Shown one piece after another: positions 56,979-64,000 of a DNA stretch of 64,000 nucleotides; within the stretch, counting starts at the first letter, position 1; every line of letters starts with the position of its first letter. The position numbers and the translations under genes are program-made. A model generated the notes under the pieces. The model saw only the letters and a program-made list of their open reading frames with translations. It was not told the origin of the DNA and ran no database searches. Origin of the DNA: an uncultured Candidatus Saccharibacteria bacterium (GTDB taxonomy: Bacteria; Patescibacteriota; Minisyncoccia; JBAYJV01). The stretch is from the NCBI GenBank assembly GCA_964577395.1, contig CAZNYQ010000006.1, forward strand, positions 7,155 to 71,154, written 5' to 3'.

Positions 56979-57146
56979 ATGGCAAGAAAAGTAACTGAAA
57001 ACCATATTTCCTTTCAAATTCCTAAAAAGAAAATGGAAAAGAAAATTGTGCCTCGGTTACAGAGAATTGCTCAAAAGAGAGATAGATCTTTTAGCTATAT
57101 CGTAATTGAAGCACTTTTACAATACCTTGAACAGCAAAAACAATAG
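56979..57146 (+). CDS. Ribbon-helix-helix DNA-binding protein (55 aa; absent from the ORF track)
   Basis: MARKVTENHISFQIPKKKMEKKIVPRLQRIAQKRDRSFSYIVIEALLQYLEQQKQ; SD aaggaggtg; promoter TTGACT-17-TAGGAT at 56926-56954. Confidence 0.8.
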   Translation: MARKVTENHISFQIPKKKMEKKIVPRLQRIAQKRDRSFSYIVIEALLQYLEQQKQ

Positions 57147-57151
57147 AGTAT

Positions 57152-57179
57152 AGCTCGCGCATAATGCGCGAGCTTTTTT
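57152..57179 (+). terminator. Intrinsic terminator
   Basis: agctcgcgca-taa-tgcgcgagct and T-run. Confidence 0.85.
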
Positions 57180-57326
57180 AGATATATATATAAAATTAGA
57201 AAAGGCATTTACTAATTTCTATCGTCGTATTTATATTTATATTTTTTGTTTTGATAAAATATGATATAATAAAACTATCAAGCTAAATTGATAATATTTT
57301 GCTTTTAATAAAATTTTAATATATAT

Positions 57327-59498
57327 ATGGCAAAAAAGAAGAAGAAAAAAGCAGAAGAATCTCATAAAAAAACTTTAGGCAGAAGAGCTAAAAATACTAT
57401 TATTGTTATCATTCTCTTTGCAATATCTTTTTTAAATATTGCAGCTTTTTTTAATAAAGCCGGAATTTTAGGAAAATATTTTTTACAAGGATCAACTTGG
57501 CTACTCGGAGGAGGAAAATTTTTAGTACCTCTCTTTTTTATTACAGCAGCCTTGGCAATTCTTGCGAGATTAAAAAAACCTTTATGGCTAACTTTATGCG
57601 GCACATTACTGTTAACATTATCTTCGGTTAGTTTTTTAAATGTTATTTCTCAAGAAAAAGGCGGTGGTTTTATCGGTCAAATCGTGGGGAGCTTTTTTAT
57701 TCGTTATTTAGACAAGCCAGGTGCTTTTATTGTGATAGGAGCATTGACTCTTATTTCTCTAGTTTTAGTTTTTAATTTGTCATTAGGTTTTCTGTTTAAA
57801 AAGCAAGCTAAAGATAAAGAAACGGAAAAAATTGAAGAGAAACAAGAGAAAGTTCAAACTAGTCTTAATCTACAAGAAGAAAAACCTTCTCTCCTTAGAC
57901 GATTATCAAACAAAGAGACTAAGATTTTGCATCGTCCCATTTTTAAGCTTAAGAAACTAGAAGAGGATAATGTTACAGAGCAGTATTCTAAAGGAAAGAA
58001 AGCATCAAGGGATGAAGACCAGACTATTCATAAGGAAAAGATTGAAGGTTATGAATTTCCAAGCTTAGAGCTTCTGACAGCAGAGTTATCTGATAAGGAA
58101 GGTGTCAAAAAATCAGAGATTAATGAAAATATGGAAATTATTCAAGAAACTCTTCGGAATTTTGGTATTGAAGTAACAATGGGTGATGTAAGCGTAGGAC
58201 CAACAGTTACTCAATATACCTTAAAACCGGCACAAGGCGTTAGGTTGTCTAAGATAGTAGCGCGTCATAATGATTTAGCATTAGCTTTAGCGGCTCATCC
58301 TTTAAGAATTGAAGCGCCCATTCCCGGAAAATCCTTGGTAGGTATTGAAGTGCCTAATAGAAATTCTCATTGGGTTAAGTTAAGAGATCTTTTAGAAGCA
58401 CCGGCCTACAAAGAAAAAAAAGCTTACTTAACTCTTCCTCTAGGGAAAGATGTTTCCGGTGAACCTTTTTATGATAATTTAGCCCGCATGCCTCATCTTT
58501 TGATAGCTGGTTCAACGGGAACGGGTAAGAGTGTTGCTATTCATAATATTTTAACTGCTCTCCTTTATCAGAATAGTCCGCGTAGTCTAAGATTAATTTT
58601 AGTTGACCCTAAGAGGGTTGAATTAACACTTTATAATAATATTCCTCATTTATTAACACCGGTAATTCAAGATGCTCAAAAAGCGATTAATTCTCTAAAA
58701 TGGGCTATCTCGGAAATGGAAAGAAGATATGAATTATTATCTCAAATGGAGGCGAGAAATATTTCTTCATATAACAAACAGATAGAAAAAAAGAAACAAA
58801 AATCTCTTAATGGAGAAGAGCACAAATTTTTACCATACATAGTTATTGTTATAGATGAATTAGCTGACATTATGCTTCATTACAGTCGTGAAACTGAGGC
58901 GGCTATTGTAAGATTAGCTCAGATGGCAAGAGCAGTTGGCATTCATTTAATTCTTTCAACTCAAAGACCTTCTGTTGAAGTTATCACCGGTTTGATTAAA
59001 GCTAATATTACTTTTCGGATTGCTTTTCAGGTTGCTTCTCAAATTGACTCCCGAACGATTATTGATGCAGCAGGGGCGGAAAAATTACTTGGTAACGGAG
59101 ATATGCTTTATCAAACTGGTGATAGCTCAAAGCCACACCGTATTCAAGGCGCTTTTCTAGCAGATAGGGAAGTCAAAAGAGTAGTTAAGTTTTTAAGAAG
59201 ACAAGATTATGAAGATAGTGATAGTGTTGATTTAGGCGATGTTTCGCAAGAAAAAAGCATTAATGTAGCAACATTTCATAAACGTGACATGGAAGATGAA
59301 CTTTATCCGGATGCTAAAAAAATAGTTATTGAGGCTCGTAAAGGATCCGCTTCTCTATTAGAGCGTCGTCTTAGAATTGGCTATACTCGAGCGGCACGTT
59401 TATTAGATATGTTAGAAGAAGATGGCATTGTTGGTCCTTCTCGCGGCTCTAAAGCTCGCCAAGTTTTAGCTGAGCAAGATAAACATGAAGTTATCTAA
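57327..59498 (+). CDS. ftsK: DNA translocase FtsK/SpoIIIE
   Basis: N-terminal TMs, RIEAPIPGK, PHLLIAGSTGTGKS, IDELAD, TQRPS, gamma domain LRIGYTRAARL. Confidence 0.98.
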   Translation: MAKKKKKKAEESHKKTLGRRAKNTIIVIILFAISFLNIAAFFNKAGILGKYFLQGSTWLLGGGKFLVPLFFITAALAILARLKKPLWLTLCGTLLLTLSSVSFLNVISQEKGGGFIGQIVGSFFIRYLDKPGAFIVIGALTLISLVLVFNLSLGFLFKKQAKDKETEKIEEKQEKVQTSLNLQEEKPSLLRRLSNKETKILHRPIFKLKKLEEDNVTEQYSKGKKASRDEDQTIHKEKIEGYEFPSLELLTAELSDKEGVKKSEINENMEIIQETLRNFGIEVTMGDVSVGPTVTQYTLKPAQGVRLSKIVARHNDLALALAAHPLRIEAPIPGKSLVGIEVPNRNSHWVKLRDLLEAPAYKEKKAYLTLPLGKDVSGEPFYDNLARMPHLLIAGSTGTGKSVAIHNILTALLYQNSPRSLRLILVDPKRVELTLYNNIPHLLTPVIQDAQKAINSLKWAISEMERRYELLSQMEARNISSYNKQIEKKKQKSLNGEEHKFLPYIVIVIDELADIMLHYSRETEAAIVRLAQMARAVGIHLILSTQRPSVEVITGLIKANITFRIAFQVASQIDSRTIIDAAGAEKLLGNGDMLYQTGDSSKPHRIQGAFLADREVKRVVKFLRRQDYEDSDSVDLGDVSQEKSINVATFHKRDMEDELYPDAKKIVIEARKGSASLLERRLRIGYTRAARLLDMLEEDGIVGPSRGSKARQVLAEQDKHEVI

Positions 59499-59835
59499 AC
59501 GTTTTTTTCTTAGGTACTTTTTAGCTGCCGGAGGCGCTCTCTTAATTATGATTTTCCTTGGATGGCATTTTCTAAGTGTAGTTTTAGCGCCCGATATATA
59601 TATTACTCAACCGGCCCAGAAAGAAATAACAACTTCTCAAGAAGAACTTTTGATTCGAGGACAAGCTAAGCGAGCATACTTTTTAAGAATCAATCAGGAA
59701 TTAATACCTGTTGATAATCAGGGTAATTTTGAGGATGTTATTAACTTGCAAGAAGGACTAAATATGATTAATATAAAAGCAGAAACGAGATTTGGAAAAA
59801 TTAGTCAATATCAATTAAAAATATTACATAATTAA
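59485..59835 (+). CDS. Single-TM protein with Ig-like domain
   Basis: TM then beta-rich ITQP...[12 protein letters not shown] pattern. Confidence 0.75.
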   Translation: MKLSKRFFLRYFLAAGGALLIMIFLGWHFLSVVLAPDIYITQPAQKEITTSQEELLIRGQAKRAYFLRINQELIPVDNQGNFEDVINLQEGLNMINIKAETRFGKISQYQLKILHN

Positions 59836-59851
59836 TTTTACTTCCATTTTT

Positions 59852-60886
59852 ATGTCACCTAAAAAAAATTCTTCTTTAAAAAAGGAAAAAAACATATCTC
59901 ATATTAATACAGATTCAGTTCAGAGTATTATAGACGAGATTAGAGGCAAGTATGGCGAGGGTTCTATCATGAAATTGGGCGAAGCTAAGAAGGTTGATGT
60001 TGATAGTATTCCGACGGGATCAATTTCTTTAGATATTGCTTTAGGGATTGGTGGTGTTCCTAAGGGTAGGATAGTAGAGCTTTATGGGCCAGAATCATCT
60101 GGGAAAACTACCTTAGGGCTTCATATTGCCGCAGAATGCCAAAAGAAAAAAGGTATTGTTGCTTTTGTTGATGCTGAACATGGCTTAGATCCTCAATATG
60201 CTAAAAAAATAGGGGTTCAGGTTAATGATATTTTAATATCTCAACCTGATACAGGTGAGCAGGCTCTTAATATTGTTGAGACAATGGTGCGCTCGGGCGC
60301 TGTTGATCTCATTATTGTTGACTCGGTAGCTGCTCTAACGCCTCAAGCAGAAATTGAAGGTAGAATGGAGGACCAGCAAATTGGTTTGCAGGCTAGATTA
60401 ATGTCACGTGCCTTGAGAAAACTAACTGGTATTGCTTCTAAAAGTGGGACAACGGTTCTATTTATTAATCAAATTAGGATGAAAGTCGGCATTATGTTCG
60501 GAAATCCCGAGACAACTCCTGGAGGGAAAGCTTTGAAGTTTTACTCGTCAGTTAGAATCGAAGTTCGTAAAGCTGCTCAGCTGAAAAAAGAAGATGATGT
60601 TATTGGTATTCGTGTTAAAGCTAAAGTTGTTAAGAATAAAGTAGCTCCGCCTTTTAAGAAAGCTGAATTTGATATATTATATAACGAAGGGATTTCTCAT
60701 ATGGGTGATTTAATTTACACAGGCGTTAAGTATGATGTTTTAGAAAAAGCGGGTGCTTGGATTAAGTTTCATGGCGATAATTTAGGGCAAGGGGTTGAAA
60801 CTACTCGTCAGTATCTTAAGGAAAATTCTAAAGTTGCTCGTAAGATTGAAACTGAGATTTATAAGATTATTCAAGCGGAACAATAA
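59852..60886 (+). CDS. recA: Recombinase RecA
   Basis: [37 protein letters not shown]. Confidence 0.99.
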   Translation: MSPKKNSSLKKEKNISHINTDSVQSIIDEIRGKYGEGSIMKLGEAKKVDVDSIPTGSISLDIALGIGGVPKGRIVELYGPESSGKTTLGLHIAAECQKKKGIVAFVDAEHGLDPQYAKKIGVQVNDILISQPDTGEQALNIVETMVRSGAVDLIIVDSVAALTPQAEIEGRMEDQQIGLQARLMSRALRKLTGIASKSGTTVLFINQIRMKVGIMFGNPETTPGGKALKFYSSVRIEVRKAAQLKKEDDVIGIRVKAKVVKNKVAPPFKKAEFDILYNEGISHMGDLIYTGVKYDVLEKAGAWIKFHGDNLGQGVETTRQYLKENSKVARKIETEIYKIIQAEQ

Positions 60887-60899
60887 ATAGTTTTGGATC

Positions 60900-60945
60900 A
60901 AAAAAAGAGCTTAAATATATATATGAAAATTAAGTTCTTTTTTTT
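60900..60945. terminator. Probable bidirectional terminator between recA and rpsR
   Basis: aaaaaaagagcttaa / ttaagttcttttttt stem. Confidence 0.55.
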
Positions 60946-60953
60946 AATATCTT

Positions 60954-61154
60954 TTATCTTCTAGAAAAAGGCAAAAGACCCATATTGCGCGCTCTTTTAA
61001 TAGCCTTGGCTAATTGTCTTTGATGTTTAGCACAAGTACCAGTATAACGCGATGAGTTAATTTTACCCAAAGGGGTTAAGTACTTTTTCAAAAGCTCTAT
61101 ATTAGTATAATCTATTTCTTTAATATTTTTTTGGCAAAAAAAACAATGACGCAT
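60954..61154 (-). CDS. rpsR: 30S ribosomal protein S18 (Zn-binding type)
   Basis: [26 protein letters not shown]. Confidence 0.97.
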   Translation of the reverse strand: MRHCFFCQKNIKEIDYTNIELLKKYLTPLGKINSSRYTGTCAKHQRQLAKAIKRARNMGLLPFSRR

Positions 61155-61180
61155 AGTAATATATTTATAAACTTAATAGG

Positions 61181-61603
61181 TTAAAAAGGAATATCTTCCA
61201 CATCCACTTCATTCTCTTCTTCCTGCTTTTTTTGTTGTGGTTTTGATCGGGGAGAGCTAGGCGAAGAAGTTCCTGCTGATTTTGGACCTAATTGAAGTTC
61301 TCGACCGATAATTTCTGTTTGGTAACGTTTCTGTCCATCTTTGCCTTCCCAAGAACGTGTTTGAATTCTTCCAACAATTAGACAAAGCTGGCCTTTAGCA
61401 AGATATTGATTAGCTACATCTGCTATTTTGCCAAAAAGAACGATATTATGAAATTCAGTTGCTTCTTGGCGATTACCATCTTTATCACTCCAGACACGAT
61501 TAGTTGCAAGACTAAAATTTGCGACTGATTGACCTGATGGTAAACTACGTGATTCAGGGTCAGCTGTTAAACGACCGAGGACAATGGCTTTATTAAGATT
61601 CAT
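61181..61603 (-). CDS. ssb: Single-stranded DNA-binding protein
   Basis: LNKAIVLGRLTADPE, TEFH, GRIQTRSW, C-terminal EDIPF. Confidence 0.98.
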   Translation of the reverse strand: MNLNKAIVLGRLTADPESRSLPSGQSVANFSLATNRVWSDKDGNRQEATEFHNIVLFGKIADVANQYLAKGQLCLIVGRIQTRSWEGKDGQKRYQTEIIGRELQLGPKSAGTSSPSSPRSKPQQKKQEEENEVDVEDIPF

Positions 61604-61624
61604 AAAGCTAAGATTAAAATTTAA

Positions 61625-62104
61625 TTAAATTTCTTTTTCTAATATTTTTTCTAAAGATTTGTCAATATCATCAAGCTTGATCTTTGTTTTATCTTTCTTA
61701 GGAGAAGTAATTTTATTATCGCTTTCCTTTTTAACTTTGCTGGTTTTTTTAATATCTTTTTTCTTTTTTTGAAACATCGTTTTTCTATATGTTTCTTTCT
61801 CTTTAAATTCTTGACTGCTTAATTTATTCTTGATGATTGTGAAGCGTAATATTTTTTGAAGATGTTTTAAGTCTTCTCTAATATTTATTAAATCTTGAGG
61901 AGAAGCTTCAAAAAAGATACGTGCAAAATAGCTAGTAAGTTGTTTTTCTATAGGATAAGCTAACTCAAGACTGCGAGGCTCTTCAGCTTTAACAACAGTA
62001 GCCTTTTTTGTGGCTAAGTCCTTTTGAATCTTTTGCCACAATTTATCAGCTTCTTGTTTTTCTAGCTTGCCTGACAAATGAAATGATAATTCATAAAAAT
62101 TCAT
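61625..62104 (-). CDS. rpsF: 30S ribosomal protein S6
   Basis: YEL, LAYPI, ILRF; rpsF-ssb-rpsR order. Confidence 0.93.
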   Translation of the reverse strand: MNFYELSFHLSGKLEKQEADKLWQKIQKDLATKKATVVKAEEPRSLELAYPIEKQLTSYFARIFFEASPQDLINIREDLKHLQKILRFTIIKNKLSSQEFKEKETYRKTMFQKKKKDIKKTSKVKKESDNKITSPKKDKTKIKLDDIDKSLEKILEKEI

Positions 62105-62244
62105 ATTGATTAAGAATGCAAGAAATTACGTATATCATATGTTAGCAGAGAACTTTTAAGTCGTCAAGCTTGAAATTAATTTTATCTTGAAGTTGTCAGG
62201 TAAATTAATGAATGATATCATAAGAAAAAGTTATCTTAAATTTT

Positions 62245-63597
62245 ATGAAAAATGATATTTTTAAAGCTTACGATATTCGAGGAATTTTTTCTCAGGAGTT
62301 TAATGGACAAGATGCCTATAATATAGGCAGAGCTTACCTAGACTATATTCGTGAAGCAGAACAAGTTGATGAACCTCAAATTGTTATTGGGCGGGATATG
62401 CGTACTTCTTCTAATGAGATTTTTAGAAATTTTTCTCAAGGAGTTATTAAGCAAGGAGGTGATGTTTTTGACATAGGTTTAAGCACTACCCCAATGCTTT
62501 ATTGGGCTGTAAATTTTTTAACAGCGCAAGGTGGTGCTATTATTACTGCTTCACATAATCCGGCTCAATATAATGGTTTTAAATTAACAAGATCTCAGGC
62601 TATTGCTTTAAGTGGCCAAGAAGGACTAGAGGAAATTAAGCAAAAAGTTTTGCAAGAAAATTATAAGACAGGCGAAACGAAAGAAATCATTATGAGAAAG
62701 CCAGTTTTATCTTATTATGTTCCCTTTTTAACTAAAAATACTGAAATTGATATTCAAGAAAAAATAGTTATTGATGCTTCGAACGCTATGACTGCCATTG
62801 TTTTACCAAGGGTACTGGAAGTTTTAAAAGTCAATTATATTCCCTTATATTTTAAACTTGACGGAACTTTTCCTCATCACGAAGCGAACCCTTTTAAACC
62901 AGAAAATTTAGTTGACCTTCAAAAGAAAATGAAAGAAGAAAAAGCTACGCTTGGAATTGCTTTTGATGGAGACGGAGATCGCATCGTTTTTCTTGATGAA
63001 GATTGCAATATCGTAAGAGGTGATTTTATTACAGCTTTTTTAGCGCAAGATATGCTTGAAAAAACTGGGAAAGGTAAAGTTATTTATGACTTGAGATCCC
63101 TTTGGATGCCCAGAGAAGTGATTGAGAAAGCAGGCGGAGAAGCAATTATGTCAAAAGTAGGGCATGCTTTTATCAAACAAGAAATGCGAGAAGAAAAAGC
63201 TCTTTTTGCTGGTGAAATGTCGGGCCACTATTTTTTTAGAGATTTTTTTGGTTGTGAATCAGCTATTCTTACTATGATTAAAGTTTTGAAAATTTTAAGT
63301 AAAAAGAAAAAACGGCTTAAAGAACTGATTCAACCCTATAAAAAATATTATCATTCAGGTGAGATTAATTTTGAAGCTCAAGACAAGCAAGCAAAAATTA
63401 AAAATCTAGAGAAGAAATACGTTCGAGATAATGTTAAAATTTATCATATAGATGGTTTGACGATTGAATTTAAAGACTGGTGGTTTAATGTTCGTCCCTC
63501 TAATACAGAGCCTCTTCTAAGACTTAATCTTGAAGTAAAGAAGCAGGAAGATTTAAAAAAGAGAATTAAAGAACTTAAAGAATTTATTAAAAAGTAA
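62245..63597 (+). CDS. Phosphomannomutase/phosphoglucomutase
   Basis: FKAYDIRG, ITASHNP, FDGDGDR, GEMSGH, RPSNTEP. Confidence 0.96.
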   Translation: MKNDIFKAYDIRGIFSQEFNGQDAYNIGRAYLDYIREAEQVDEPQIVIGRDMRTSSNEIFRNFSQGVIKQGGDVFDIGLSTTPMLYWAVNFLTAQGGAIITASHNPAQYNGFKLTRSQAIALSGQEGLEEIKQKVLQENYKTGETKEIIMRKPVLSYYVPFLTKNTEIDIQEKIVIDASNAMTAIVLPRVLEVLKVNYIPLYFKLDGTFPHHEANPFKPENLVDLQKKMKEEKATLGIAFDGDGDRIVFLDEDCNIVRGDFITAFLAQDMLEKTGKGKVIYDLRSLWMPREVIEKAGGEAIMSKVGHAFIKQEMREEKALFAGEMSGHYFFRDFFGCESAILTMIKVLKILSKKKKRLKELIQPYKKYYHSGEINFEAQDKQAKIKNLEKKYVRDNVKIYHIDGLTIEFKDWWFNVRPSNTEPLLRLNLEVKKQEDLKKRIKELKEFIKK

Positions 63598-63614
63598 ATT
63601 TGTAATATATTTTT

Positions 63615-64000
63615 ATGCAAGTAACATTTTGTGGTGGCGCCAGAACAGTTACTGGCGCAAATTATCTTTTAGAGTTTAATGATAAAAAATATTTAGTTGA
63701 GTGTGGCTTAACTCAAGGAGGAGATTTTGCCGAACAGCATAATTATCAGCCTTTTTCTTACGACCCTAAAGATATTGAAGCTGTTTTTATAACCCATGCT
63801 CATATTGATCACATTGGTTTAATTCCTAAATTATATAAAGAGGGATTTCGAGGTAAAATTTATGCTACAGATCCGACAGTTTCTTTAGCAACGCCCATGC
63901 TAAAAGATGCTTTTAAAATTTTACGATATGAATGTCAAGATGAAAAAAAACCTTTGCTTTATGAAGAAGAAGATTTGAATCAATCGCTTCAGCTTTTGCA
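63615..64000 (+). CDS. Metallo-beta-lactamase/beta-CASP family RNase (runs off the window end)
   Basis: Own translation: MQVTFCGGARTVTGANYLL...VFITHAHIDHIG (HxHxDH). Confidence 0.92.
   Translation, partial: MQVTFCGGARTVTGANYLLEFNDKKYLVECGLTQGGDFAEQHNYQPFSYDPKDIEAVFITHAHIDHIGLIPKLYKEGFRGKIYATDPTVSLATPMLKDAFKILRYECQDEKKPLLYEEEDLNQSLQLL

Noticed and set aside
1785-57604. Short ORFs nested in or antisense to long genes (for example 1785-2018, 9083-9298, 35599-35973, 39320-39571, 50812-51135, 56459-56857)
   Set aside because: Fully overlap well-supported genes and show no family motifs

Overview
AT-rich chromosomal segment of a reduced-genome bacterium, most consistent with Patescibacteria/CPR (Parcubacteria-like). 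Supporting signs: rpsE abuts rplO with no rpmD, the transketolase is split, EF-Ts is short, most core genes lack a Shine-Dalgarno (SD) site, and several hypothetical proteins look CPR-typical. It uses genetic code 11 (tRNA-Trp CCA, TGA stops). The backbone is housekeeping: secA, gap-rpiB-rpe-tkt, rplY, rpmE-prfA, rpsB-tsf, four tRNAs, rpmG, secDF, rplU, dnaB-recR, rpoBC-rpsE-rplO, ftsK-recA, rpsF-ssb-rpsR and a phosphohexomutase. It also holds a surface-glycan locus and many small self-contained cassettes. Top observations: (1) a DUF3800 (RNase H-like) gene inside the sugar-phosphate operon, faced by a convergent structured ~87-nt RNA with its own promoter and terminator; (2) a second standalone ~140-nt candidate ncRNA near 33.0-33.2 kb; (3) a 343-aa Ser-initiated LAGLIDADG intein in RmlB, which also has an extra N-terminal HTH-like segment; (4) an RF1 lacking domain 1 that overlaps rpmE across a poly-A run; (5) direct repeats at the secA 3' end and on both sides of a 975-aa Cys-rich surface-protein gene; (6) small genes missed by the ORF track (rpmG, a 33-aa membrane peptide, a 55-aa RHH protein) and a pseudogene. 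No CRISPR array, integrase, transposase or rRNA was seen. All family assignments are from motif recognition by eye; no searches were run.
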